DNA from: Clostridia bacterium
GTDB lineage: Bacteria > Bacillota > Clostridia > HGM11327
NCBI GenBank assembly: GCA_017935525.1
Contig: JAGBHJ010000009.1
Span: forward strand, 1-32,786
Length of the DNA: 32,786 bases
Direction of reading: 5' to 3'
This document shows positions 10,533 to 18,643 of the stretch, one piece after another. The first letter of the stretch is position 1. Each line of letters begins with the position of its first letter. A program made the position numbers and the translations under genes. The notes beneath the pieces are model-generated. The model made no database searches and had not been told where the DNA came from. It was given only the letters and a program-made list of their open reading frames with translations.

Positions 10533-10751
10533 GTGAGTAAGAACGATGTAGTTGAGTTGGAAGGTGTAGTGCTGGAGGCATTGCCGAACTTCACTTTTAA
10601 GGTGCAGCTGGAAAACGGACACAAGGTTACAGCCTATGTTTCCGGTAAGATGAGAAGCAATTTCATCAGAATAGTTTCCGGTGACAGAGTTACGGTGGAG
10701 CTTTCACTCTACGATCTGAATTTGGGTAGAATCACAAGAAGAGGTAACTGA
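10533..10751 (+). CDS. infA: Translation initiation factor IF-1
   Basis: GTG start; 72 aa; IF-1-like S1 fold sequence ([31 protein letters not shown]). Confidence 0.96.
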   Translation: MSKNDVVELEGVVLEALPNFTFKVQLENGHKVTAYVSGKMRSNFIRIVSGDRVTVELSLYDLNLGRITRRGN

Positions 10752-10831
10752 TGTCGGTAACGGCTCAGTAAGATTTATAAATTGTCGGAAAGGAGTGGAC
10801 CTTGCACTCGGTGTAAGATCCCAATAAGAAC

Positions 10832-10948
10832 ATGAAAGTAAGACCTTCTGTAAAGAAGATGTGTGACAAGTGCAAGATAATCAGACGTAACGGCAAGGTT
10901 ATGGTCGTATGCTCTGAATCTCCTAAGCACAAGCAGAGACAGGGCTGA
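10832..10948 (+). CDS. rpmJ: 50S ribosomal protein L36 (zinc-binding form)
   Basis: Not in the ORF track (38 codons). Hand translation gives [38 protein letters not shown], at the expected infA-rpmJ-rpsM position. Confidence 0.93.
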   Translation: MKVRPSVKKMCDKCKIIRRNGKVMVVCSESPKHKQRQG

Positions 10949-11019
10949 TAAATAGCACCACGCTATTACAGCAACAAAACAAAGAACAGTAAATTTTTTA
11001 ATTATACGGAGGTAGAAGA

Positions 11020-11391
11020 ATGGCGCGTATATCCGGTGTTGACCTTCCCAAGGAAAAAAGAGTTGAGATAGGGTTAACGTATATTTATGGTATCGGCAAG
11101 GCAACTTCTGACGAGATCTTGAAGACGACTGGTATTGACCCGGACAAGAGAGTAAAGGATCTTTCGGATGACGAAGTAGCAGTATTGAGAAACTACATTG
11201 AACACAACCTGCAGGTAGAAGGTGACCTCAAGAGACAGATCGCTCTTAACATTAAGAGACTCGTTGAGATCGGCTGCTACAGAGGTCAGAGACACAGAAG
11301 ATCTCTCCCCTGCAGAGGACAGAGAACCAAGACCAACGCTCGTACGAGAAAGGGTCCCAAGGTAACTCGTGTTAAGTCTAAGAAGAAGTAA
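11020..11391 (+). CDS. rpsM: 30S ribosomal protein S13
   Basis: The protein starts [26 protein letters not shown]. Confidence 0.97.
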   Translation: MARISGVDLPKEKRVEIGLTYIYGIGKATSDEILKTTGIDPDKRVKDLSDDEVAVLRNYIEHNLQVEGDLKRQIALNIKRLVEIGCYRGQRHRRSLPCRGQRTKTNARTRKGPKVTRVKSKKK

Positions 11392-11409
11392 TAAAGGAGG
11401 GCATTGACA

Positions 11410-11802
11410 ATGGCTAAGACAGCTAAGAAGACAACAAGAAGAGTTGAAAAGAAGAACATTGAAAAAGGTGCTGCACATATTACTTCCACATTTAACAATA
11501 CGATTGTAACGATCACAGATGTACAGGGTAATGCGATATCATGGGCAAGCGCAGGCGGCCTTGGATTCAAGGGCTCCAAGAAGAGCACACCGTTTGCAGC
11601 TCAGATGGCAGCAGAAACAGCTGCTAAGGCAGCAATGGAGCACGGACTCAAGACAGTAGAAGTATTCGTAAAGGGTCCCGGCTCAGGTAGAGAATCGGCA
11701 ATCCGTTCTTTGCAGGCAACAGGCTTGGAAGTAACACTCATCAAGGATGTAACTCCCATTCCTCACAATGGCTGCAGACCGCCGAAGCGTAGAAGAGTTT
11801 GA
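11410..11802 (+). CDS. rpsK: 30S ribosomal protein S11
   Basis: ATG at 11410 lies 9 nt after AAAGGAGGG, so the ORF-track TTG start at 11404 was trimmed. S11-like sequence ([16 protein letters not shown]). Confidence 0.95.
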   Translation: MAKTAKKTTRRVEKKNIEKGAAHITSTFNNTIVTITDVQGNAISWASAGGLGFKGSKKSTPFAAQMAAETAAKAAMEHGLKTVEVFVKGPGSGRESAIRSLQATGLEVTLIKDVTPIPHNGCRPPKRRRV

Positions 11803-11816
11803 TGGAGGTATAGAAA

Positions 11817-12443
11817 ATGGCTAGATATACAGATTCACAGTGCAGATTGTGCAGAAGAGAAGGACAGAAGCTTTTCCTCAAGGGTGACAGATGTTACTCT
11901 GACAAGTGCTCCTTCGCTAAGAGACCTGCAGCTCCCGGACAGCACGGCGCAACGGCTAAGAAGACAAACAGCAACTACGGCGTACAGCTCAGAGAAAAGC
12001 AGAAGGTTAGACGTATCTACGGTGTGCTTGAGGGCCAGTATGCAAGATGCTTTGCTATGGCTGAAAAGATGCCCGGCATGGCTGGTGAGAACTTCCTCTC
12101 TTTGCTTGAGAGAAGACTCGACAACGTAGTATTCAGAATGGGCTTTGCTAATTCCAGAAATCAGGCAAGACAGCTTGTGAACCATGGCCACTTTATGGTT
12201 AACGGTCACAAGGTTGACATACCGTCATATATTATCGAAGCAGGCGATACAGTATCAGTTCGTGAACGCAGCGCAAACGGTGCATTCTTCACAAGCATCA
12301 AGGAAGGCGCTAAGAAGACAACTCCTGCATGGGTTGCAGTTGATTATGAAAAGCTCGAGGGTAAGGTTGTTACTCTGCCCAAGAGAGAAGATATTGACTT
12401 TGATGTTCAAGAGAACCTTATCGTTGAGTGGTATTCTAAGTAA
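11817..12443 (+). CDS. rpsD: 30S ribosomal protein S4
   Basis: The protein starts [16 protein letters not shown] (Cys-rich N-terminus) and has an S4 domain. Confidence 0.97.
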   Translation: MARYTDSQCRLCRREGQKLFLKGDRCYSDKCSFAKRPAAPGQHGATAKKTNSNYGVQLREKQKVRRIYGVLEGQYARCFAMAEKMPGMAGENFLSLLERRLDNVVFRMGFANSRNQARQLVNHGHFMVNGHKVDIPSYIIEAGDTVSVRERSANGAFFTSIKEGAKKTTPAWVAVDYEKLEGKVVTLPKREDIDFDVQENLIVEWYSK

Positions 12444-12488
12444 TTTTGATGCCGCTTGACAGAGTTATTTAGACAAGGAGGGTGTATT

Positions 12489-13430
12489 ATGTTAGAATCA
12501 GAAAAACCGAGAATAGAAATTGTTGAGCATAAGCCGGAAGAAAACTACATGAAATTTGTGGTTGAACCCTTGGAGAAGGGATTTGGAACGACCCTTGGTA
12601 ATGCTTTGAGAAGAGTAATGCTTTGGTACGTACCCGGTGCAGCCGTAAAAAACATCAAGATCGATGGTATTATGCACGAGTTTTCTACGATTCGCGGTGT
12701 AAAGGAAGATGTTGTTGACATTATACTGAACCTTAAAACTCTTGCGATAAAGATGACTGAAGAGGGTCCCAAGACAATGCGTATAAACGCTAAGGGTCCC
12801 TGCACGGTTACAGCCGCTGACATTGAGGCAGACATTGATGTTGAGATCGTAAACAAGGATCTTCACATTGCAACACTTAACGAGGACGCTGACCTTTACA
12901 TGGAAATGACAGTGGACAAGGGCAGAGGCTTTGTTGTTGCAGAGAAGAACAAGGAAGACATCATCGGTCTTATCCCGATTGATGCAGTTTACTCTCCTAT
13001 CACAAAGGTCAACTTCTATGTTGAGGACACTCGTGTTGGTAACGTTACAGACTACGACAAGCTTACGCTTGAGGTTTGGACAAACGGTGCTATCGAGCCT
13101 CAGGAGGCTGTAAGCTATTCTGCAAAGGTTCTTTGCGAATATTTGGGATTATTTGTTAATTTGACGGACACAAACGAGACGTTCGAGGTCGTTAAGGTAG
13201 AAAATGAGGTCGCTCCCAACAAGATGGCCGATATGCCTATCGAGGAGCTTGAGCTGTCAGTTCGTTCGTACAATTGTTTGAAGCGTGCAAATATCAACAC
13301 CATCGGTGAGCTTATGCTCAAGACAGAGGACGAGATGATTAAGGTTCGTAACCTTGGCAAGAAGTCCCTGGACGAGGTAACACAGAAGCTCCTCAGCCTT
13401 GGTATTGCACTGAGAAAATCCGAGGAATAA
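12489..13430 (+). CDS. rpoA: DNA-directed RNA polymerase subunit alpha
   Basis: ATG at 12489 follows AAGGAGGG, so the ORF-track start at 12456 was trimmed. The C-terminal-domain motif is LELSVRSYNCLKRANI. Confidence 0.96.
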   Translation: MLESEKPRIEIVEHKPEENYMKFVVEPLEKGFGTTLGNALRRVMLWYVPGAAVKNIKIDGIMHEFSTIRGVKEDVVDIILNLKTLAIKMTEEGPKTMRINAKGPCTVTAADIEADIDVEIVNKDLHIATLNEDADLYMEMTVDKGRGFVVAEKNKEDIIGLIPIDAVYSPITKVNFYVEDTRVGNVTDYDKLTLEVWTNGAIEPQEAVSYSAKVLCEYLGLFVNLTDTNETFEVVKVENEVAPNKMADMPIEELELSVRSYNCLKRANINTIGELMLKTEDEMIKVRNLGKKSLDEVTQKLLSLGIALRKSEE

Positions 13431-13502
13431 ATCCTCTAATAAAAAGTTTAATATCGTTGAAAGGAGAGGCTTTTCAAGTTAATTGAATAAGCGACTTTAA
13501 TT

Positions 13503-14012
13503 GTGGGTACAAGAAAGTTAGGCAGAAACAGCAGTCAGAGACGCGCTATGCTCAGAGGTCTTGCAACAGATCTTCTTTGGTACGGCAGAATTACTACAAC
13601 AGAAGCTCGTGCTAAGGAGCTCAGAGGCATAGTTGATTCTCTCTTGACATTGGCTATTAACAATTACGACAAGACTGTTAAGGTTACAAAGAACGTTAAG
13701 GGTGAGGACGGCGTAGTTACAGCGGTAGAGTTCGAGAACGATGCTCCCGAAAAGCTCAACGCAAGAAGAAAGATCATGTCTTATGTTTACGACAAGAAGG
13801 CAGAGAAGAATGATGGCGAAACAAGAGTTGAGTACGCTGAGAGAACAAAGGACGCTAAGCATCCCCTCGTAGAGAAGATGTTCAGAGAGTACGGTCCTAA
13901 GTACAGAGCGCGCAACGAAGAAAAGAATTGCGCAGGCGGCTACACAAGGATCATCAAGATGGGACCCAGACGTGGCGACAACGCTGAAGAGGTTATCATC
14001 GAGTTGGTTTAA
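13503..14012 (+). CDS. rplQ: 50S ribosomal protein L17 (long form, 169 aa)
   Basis: GTG start. The N-terminus is MGTRKLGRNSSQRRAMLRGLATDL and the C-terminus is GGYTRIIKMGPRRGDNAEEVIIELV. The central region is expanded. Confidence 0.93.
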   Translation: MGTRKLGRNSSQRRAMLRGLATDLLWYGRITTTEARAKELRGIVDSLLTLAINNYDKTVKVTKNVKGEDGVVTAVEFENDAPEKLNARRKIMSYVYDKKAEKNDGETRVEYAERTKDAKHPLVEKMFREYGPKYRARNEEKNCAGGYTRIIKMGPRRGDNAEEVIIELV

Positions 14013-14056
14013 TACCGTATAATGGCAGGGCGTTTTCCCCTGTGTAAAAGAAATAA

Positions 14057-14094
14057 AGCCGACCTGTGGTTTTGATCATGGGTCGGCTTTTGTA
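14057..14094 (+). terminator. Intrinsic terminator after rplQ
   Basis: AAGCCGACC (14057-14064 region) pairs with GGTCGGCTT (14081-14089), followed by TTTGT. Confidence 0.7.
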
Positions 14095-14178
14095 ATATGT
14101 ACCTGTGCTGACAAAGGGGGCAGGAAGAAGACGTTTATTTGCTTGATTACATTTTTTCAGCCATATCATATTTTTCTA

Positions 14179-14207
14179 TTGACTTTTGACAAAAAATATG
14201 ATAAACT
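14179..14207 (+). promoter_or_regulatory. Putative sigma-A promoter of nrdR
   Basis: TTGACT, 17 nt, TAAACT, with TG two nt upstream of the -10 element. It lies about 35 nt upstream of the nrdR ATG. Confidence 0.5.
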
Positions 14208-14243
14208 TTAGACAGAACAATACTACACAAAAGGAGATACATT

Positions 14244-14714
14244 ATGAAATGCCCATATTGCTCAACACCTGACACAAGAGTGGTTGACAGCCGTGCGGAT
14301 GAGAACGATCTTTCCATCAAAAGGCGCAGGATCTGCCCTAACTGTCAGAAGAAGTTTACAACCTACGAATATATAGAGCGCCCTACCATCTACGTGGTAA
14401 AGAAGGATGGCAGGAGAGAGCTTTTTGACCCCGACAAGATCAAGCGCGGATTGATAAAGGCTTGCGAAAAGCGCCCCGTTGCCATTGAGGAGATCGACAG
14501 GGTAGTCAACAAGATAAAGGACAGCGTTGAATCCTCTATGGAAAAGGAGATCGCATCCACCAAGATCGGTGAGTACATCATGCAGGAGCTTAAGATACTG
14601 GATGACATCGCCCACGTAAGATTTGCTTCCGTATACAGACAGTTTAAGGACATCAACGGCTTTTTGGATGAGATCAACAACTACGTCAAGCTGCAGGAAG
14701 AGCATAACAAATGA
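14244..14714 (+). CDS. nrdR: Transcriptional repressor NrdR (zinc ribbon + ATP-cone)
   Basis: The protein starts MKCPYCSTPDTRVVDSR...CPNCQKKFTTYE, followed by an ATP-cone-like remainder. 156 aa. Confidence 0.95.
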   Translation: MKCPYCSTPDTRVVDSRADENDLSIKRRRICPNCQKKFTTYEYIERPTIYVVKKDGRRELFDPDKIKRGLIKACEKRPVAIEEIDRVVNKIKDSVESSMEKEIASTKIGEYIMQELKILDDIAHVRFASVYRQFKDINGFLDEINNYVKLQEEHNK

Positions 14715-16024
14715 GAGAAACACCCAACAATACAAAAAGACCCCAGCTAAAGACGGTAAATCCCACAAGGGGGACTGCAACGGCATCCTCAAGGAGTGGG
14801 CCGCCGCGGGGTAAAAAAAGAAGGAGGGGTGGCATCCGCATTGGCGGTGTCATCATAAGACCCAGGTTTATACTGCTTTTGCTGGCAATCACGGTGCTGA
14901 TAGGCGTTGTTATAGGCAATGCTACCAAGCCACCGGATTGCTACGAGATCAGTTACAGCAGCATCGTTATGCACGAAACTGCGGATGCGGTGCTGATCAA
15001 AAATGAGTACGGATATTCCTATCCCGAGGAATCCACGCTGGTATGGCGTCTGCCCGACGGCTCCAAGGTGGAGATCGGGGATGTGGTGGCGGTGGTAAGG
15101 ACTCTGGGCTTTAACGAGGACTGGTACGCTCAGCTGGAGATCGCAAGGCGCAACACAATAGAGTACATGGTCAACAAGCTCCCTCAGGATGACGCAGAGG
15201 TCTGGAGTAAGCTGGATATTATAGAGAGCAATATCGAGCTTATCAGCAGCGAAATGCTTAAGGTGATATCCCACTCTCCCGAAAGATATAAGGAATTTTC
15301 CGAGCAGCTGACGTTGCTCTATACGGAAAAGAAGAATATCCTCCTGGCGGAGTTTAACGGCGACAGAAATCTGGACGATTATTTGTCCCAGGAGGAGCTT
15401 ATACAGAACAAGATAGACCAGTACACTGTTGAGGTGGTGGCAACATCCGAGGGAATACTCTCCTACAACACCGACGGCTATGCGAATTTGTATAACTACG
15501 ACAGCATTGAGTCTGTAACGAGCAAGGTTTTTGACAATATTCTGGAGGATTCGTATTCCTCTGCGGTTAAGAATACAAGGGGCGCCAGCGATTTTTATAT
15601 TTCCGACATGAGCGTGTGCTACATCGCCATGAAGGGTACGGGCAACACCTTCAAGTATCTTGACGATAACGACGAGGCGATAATCCGCATCAACGACGGC
15701 AGTTTGCAGTATATGGCGGTGGTAAAGAGTGTCAGTCATGACACAGACAGCTCATACATCATCGTTGAGCCGGAGGGGATATTTGACCAGCTGTACAGAG
15801 AGCGCAGTATGACTGTTACGGTACAGAAGACGTGGACGGGCTTGGTTATTCCCAAGGAGCACATCGTCCGCAAGCAGGACAGAAACGGCGTTTACGTGTA
15901 CGAGGATGGCAAAAAACGGTTTGAGCCCATCGACATTCTGTCAGAGAATGACGAGGTGGTGGTGCTGAATACCGATTCCGTAAACAACGTATTCAAGCGC
16001 GGAATGTTGATAGTAAAGCAGTAG
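14711..16024 (+). CDS. Membrane-anchored protein with HlyD/membrane-fusion-protein-like architecture
   Basis: ATGA overlap with the nrdR stop. Arg/Lys/Gly-rich N-terminal tail, then one TM segment (FILLLLAITVLIGVVIG). These are followed by a lipoyl-like hairpin (GSKVEIGDVVAVV), a helical middle and beta-rich C-terminal blocks (GLVIPKEHIV..NGVYVYEDGK..FEPIDI). Confidence 0.5.
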   Translation: MRETPNNTKRPQLKTVNPTRGTATASSRSGPPRGKKRRRGGIRIGGVIIRPRFILLLLAITVLIGVVIGNATKPPDCYEISYSSIVMHETADAVLIKNEYGYSYPEESTLVWRLPDGSKVEIGDVVAVVRTLGFNEDWYAQLEIARRNTIEYMVNKLPQDDAEVWSKLDIIESNIELISSEMLKVISHSPERYKEFSEQLTLLYTEKKNILLAEFNGDRNLDDYLSQEELIQNKIDQYTVEVVATSEGILSYNTDGYANLYNYDSIESVTSKVFDNILEDSYSSAVKNTRGASDFYISDMSVCYIAMKGTGNTFKYLDDNDEAIIRINDGSLQYMAVVKSVSHDTDSSYIIVEPEGIFDQLYRERSMTVTVQKTWTGLVIPKEHIVRKQDRNGVYVYEDGKKRFEPIDILSENDEVVVLNTDSVNNVFKRGMLIVKQ

Positions 16025-16037
16025 TATATGCTAATGA

Positions 16038-16080
16038 CGGACTCCTGTGCGGCGTTGCCGCTTGGAGTCCGCTTTGTTTT
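16038..16080 (+). terminator. Intrinsic terminator
   Basis: CGGACTCC 16038-16045 pairs with GGAGTCCG 16064-16071. An inner stem is GCGGC/GCCGC. CTTTGTTTT follows. Confidence 0.75.
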
Positions 16081-16185
16081 GAGGCTCGGATCTGATCCGT
16101 ACTTGCAAAACGGACGGCACAGGGTAAGATACGGTATATTATTACACGCAGTAAAAAAATATTTTGTAAAAATACAAAAAAGGTA

Positions 16186-16215
16186 TTGACAAATGATAAA
16201 GTAATGTGATATAAT
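16186..16215 (+). promoter_or_regulatory. Putative sigma-A promoter of the GntR-ABC operon
   Basis: TTGACA 16186-16191, 18-nt spacer, TATAAT 16210-16215, with TG at 16207-16208. Confidence 0.6.
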
Positions 16216-16252
16216 ACAGACAGAACAGTATTTCACAGAAAGGAGATGCGAA

Positions 16253-16543
16253 ATGGCATTCAAGTTTTCAGGAGAAAAGCAGTTGTATGTGGAGCTGGCG
16301 GAGCGCTACGAGAATTACATCCTTCAGGGTGTGATCAAGTGCGGCGACAAGCTGCCCACGGTAAGAGAGGCATCAAGAGATTTTGGCGTAAACCCTCAGA
16401 CGGTGGTAAAGGCTTATAATCTTCTTGAGGATAAGAAAATGATTCGCTCCATCCCCAGGCGCGGTATATACGTTATATGGGGCGAGGAGGAGATGATCCA
16501 GGATGAGAAGGAAAACGGCGTGGTGCACGACGAGCTTTTCTAG
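16253..16543 (+). CDS. YtrA-subfamily GntR transcriptional regulator, ended by an internal-looking TAG
   Basis: Winged-HTH core (KLPTVREASRDFGVNPQTVVKAYNLLEDKKMIRSIPRRGIYV). After TAG 16541-16543 the frame stays open for 31 more codons, up to a TGA overlapping the next gene's ATG. Confidence 0.8.
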   Translation: MAFKFSGEKQLYVELAERYENYILQGVIKCGDKLPTVREASRDFGVNPQTVVKAYNLLEDKKMIRSIPRRGIYVIWGEEEMIQDEKENGVVHDELF

Positions 16544-16635
16544 AAGATAGTTACAAAGCGCACGATCCTTGATCTTAAGGATAAGGGCGTAAAGGCGGAG
16601 GACGTATTGAGGACCGTAAAGGAGGTCTACAAATT

Positions 16636-17508
16636 ATGATCAACATCAACATAAACAGCCATAGTCTTGGCGGAAATAAAGTATTGGAGAATGTGAAGCT
16701 GGAGATACCCACGGGCGTAATATTGGGCTTGGTGGGTGTCAACGGTGCGGGAAAGAGTACACTTTTGAGGATAATGTCGGGCGTTTATAATGCGGACGAG
16801 GGCGACGTGCTGTACGACGGCGACTCCCCCAAGGACGCAAGTACAAGGAGCAGAATATTCTTTTTGCCCGACGACCCATATTACACCTCACAGACCACCT
16901 GCAAGAGCATGCTGGAAATGTACAGGACCTTTTATCCTAAAATGGATATTGACGTGTATAAGACCTTTATAAGCAAGTATTCCTTGGATGAGAAAAAGCC
17001 TATAAGGACATTTTCCAAGGGTATGCGACGTCAGCTGTACATTGCGTTGGCGCTGGCGATAAAGCCCGAGTATCTGCTTTTGGACGAGGCATTTGACGGA
17101 CTTGACCCTCGCTCCAGAAAGCACTTTAAGGACGAGCTGATAAAGCTGGTGGATAACAACGGTACCACCGTGGTAATATCCAGCCACTCTTTGAGGGAGC
17201 TTGAGGATTTCTGCGATATGTTTGCAATGCTGGACAACAAGACTGTTTCCACCTCCGGCGACATAGAGGAGAAGGTGGCAACGCTTTGCAAATTCCAGCT
17301 GGCGTTTACAAGTGACGTTGACGACGAGGCTCTGGAGGCGCTTGCACCCGTGGCGCTGAGGGTCAACGGCAGATTTGTGCAGATAGTATTGGAGGACACA
17401 GCTGAAAACGCAATGGAAAAGCTCAAGGCTCTTGAGCCTGCCGTTATTGAGGAAATGCCCATAGACTTTGAGGAGATGTTTATCAGCGAGGTTGAAAGGG
17501 GGGCCTGA
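16636..17508 (+). CDS. ABC transporter ATP-binding protein
   Basis: Walker A GVNGAGKST, signature-like FSKGMRRQL, Walker B LLLDEAFDGLD, H-loop SSHS. Confidence 0.93.
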   Translation: MINININSHSLGGNKVLENVKLEIPTGVILGLVGVNGAGKSTLLRIMSGVYNADEGDVLYDGDSPKDASTRSRIFFLPDDPYYTSQTTCKSMLEMYRTFYPKMDIDVYKTFISKYSLDEKKPIRTFSKGMRRQLYIALALAIKPEYLLLDEAFDGLDPRSRKHFKDELIKLVDNNGTTVVISSHSLRELEDFCDMFAMLDNKTVSTSGDIEEKVATLCKFQLAFTSDVDDEALEALAPVALRVNGRFVQIVLEDTAENAMEKLKALEPAVIEEMPIDFEEMFISEVERGA

Positions 17509-17509
17509 T

Positions 17510-18613
17510 ATGACGAGTATTTGCAAGTATCTGCGCGGCAATATCAAGACGATAGCGCTCAGAATGATATTTGTAACTGTGCTGGGCTTGATATTTGTGG
17601 TTTCCGCAGGCAGGGAGGACCTTTCCGTTGTAAACGGCATGGCAAGGGGAGATTATTATAAGTTTGACCTGGAGTATTGGTTTATCCCCGTGCTGTTCTT
17701 TGCGTGGAGCCTGCTGGTGCCCATTGTGGAGTTTGAGGGCTTTATTAACAAGAGAAACTTGGATACTCTGTATTCAATGCCCATCAGCAGAAAAAGTCTT
17801 ATGACTGCCCGCACCATAAGTGCCTTTGCACAGATGGCAATACCCTTTTGGGTGGTAAATTTGTTCTGGTATTTTTACAGAATATTCGGCAATAGCTGTT
17901 ACAGACAGGATATGGTGTGGCTGACTATGGGGCTTACCTTTGCGCTGTGCCTTGTGACGCTTGCGTGTGCGGAGTTCTTCTTTTTGAACGGCAATTCCGT
18001 GTGGGACGGCGTTATACTGGTGGGCATGGGCGTGATATCCTACTTTGCGGTGATGGTTATACTGGGTGTAATCATAAGGTCGGGCATCAGCACCGTGGTA
18101 AAAACGTTTATGTCATTGCCTGCTTTGCTGCTGTTTATAGCCACCAACGACGAAATATCGATGAGGTACTACGTTCAGGGCGAATGGCGCAACGAGAGTA
18201 CGTCTGATTGGATAAGCGAATTTACGGAAAAGGTATCCGTATCACTTATACTGTGGGCAGTGCTTGCAGTAGTGATGATGGTGGCAAGCTACCGTATATT
18301 TACCCGCCGCAGGGCAGAAACTGCCGAGGGCATATCCGACGGCTGGTTTGGCTACAAGCTTATGATGCCGCTGTATTCCGTTGCGGCAATGCTCTTCTGC
18401 AGCATACTGATAGGTGAGGGAATGAACGCGGAGGCAATAGGCTTTAAGCTGGTGTTCTTTTTGATAGTGGTGCTGGGCTACGTTGTTTACCGCAGAGGCT
18501 TTAAGTTCAAAAAATCGGATCTGATATTCATGGCGGTGCTCTTGGTGGCGTCCTTTTCGGGATTGACTGACCTTGCAGTGTCGGGAGTGCCGTGGTCCGT
18601 GGTGTTTGGCTGA
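17510..18613 (+). CDS. Polytopic membrane protein, putative ABC permease component (paralog 1)
   Basis: ATG at 17510 follows AAGGGGGG and lies 2 nt after the ATPase stop, so the ORF-track start at 17468 was trimmed. Many hydrophobic segments. Paralogous to the next ORF. Confidence 0.75.
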   Translation: MTSICKYLRGNIKTIALRMIFVTVLGLIFVVSAGREDLSVVNGMARGDYYKFDLEYWFIPVLFFAWSLLVPIVEFEGFINKRNLDTLYSMPISRKSLMTARTISAFAQMAIPFWVVNLFWYFYRIFGNSCYRQDMVWLTMGLTFALCLVTLACAEFFFLNGNSVWDGVILVGMGVISYFAVMVILGVIIRSGISTVVKTFMSLPALLLFIATNDEISMRYYVQGEWRNESTSDWISEFTEKVSVSLILWAVLAVVMMVASYRIFTRRRAETAEGISDGWFGYKLMMPLYSVAAMLFCSILIGEGMNAEAIGFKLVFFLIVVLGYVVYRRGFKFKKSDLIFMAVLLVASFSGLTDLAVSGVPWSVVFG

Positions 18614-18643
18614 CGGTGGCAACAAAAATAAAGGAGAAAAGCT

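Noticed and set aside
14160-14243. An NrdR box upstream of nrdR (autoregulation).
   Set aside because: Only weak, non-palindromic resemblance (ACAATACTACACA) to the NrdR-box consensus as I remember it. This is not enough to call.
16541-16543. TAG recoding (pyrrolysine or reassigned stop) as the explanation for the GntR in-frame stop.
   Set aside because: No pyl genes or other in-frame TAGs are visible in the window. TAG also appears to act as a normal stop at 16022-16024, which is directly followed by a terminator. The idea is kept only as a remote option inside the finding.
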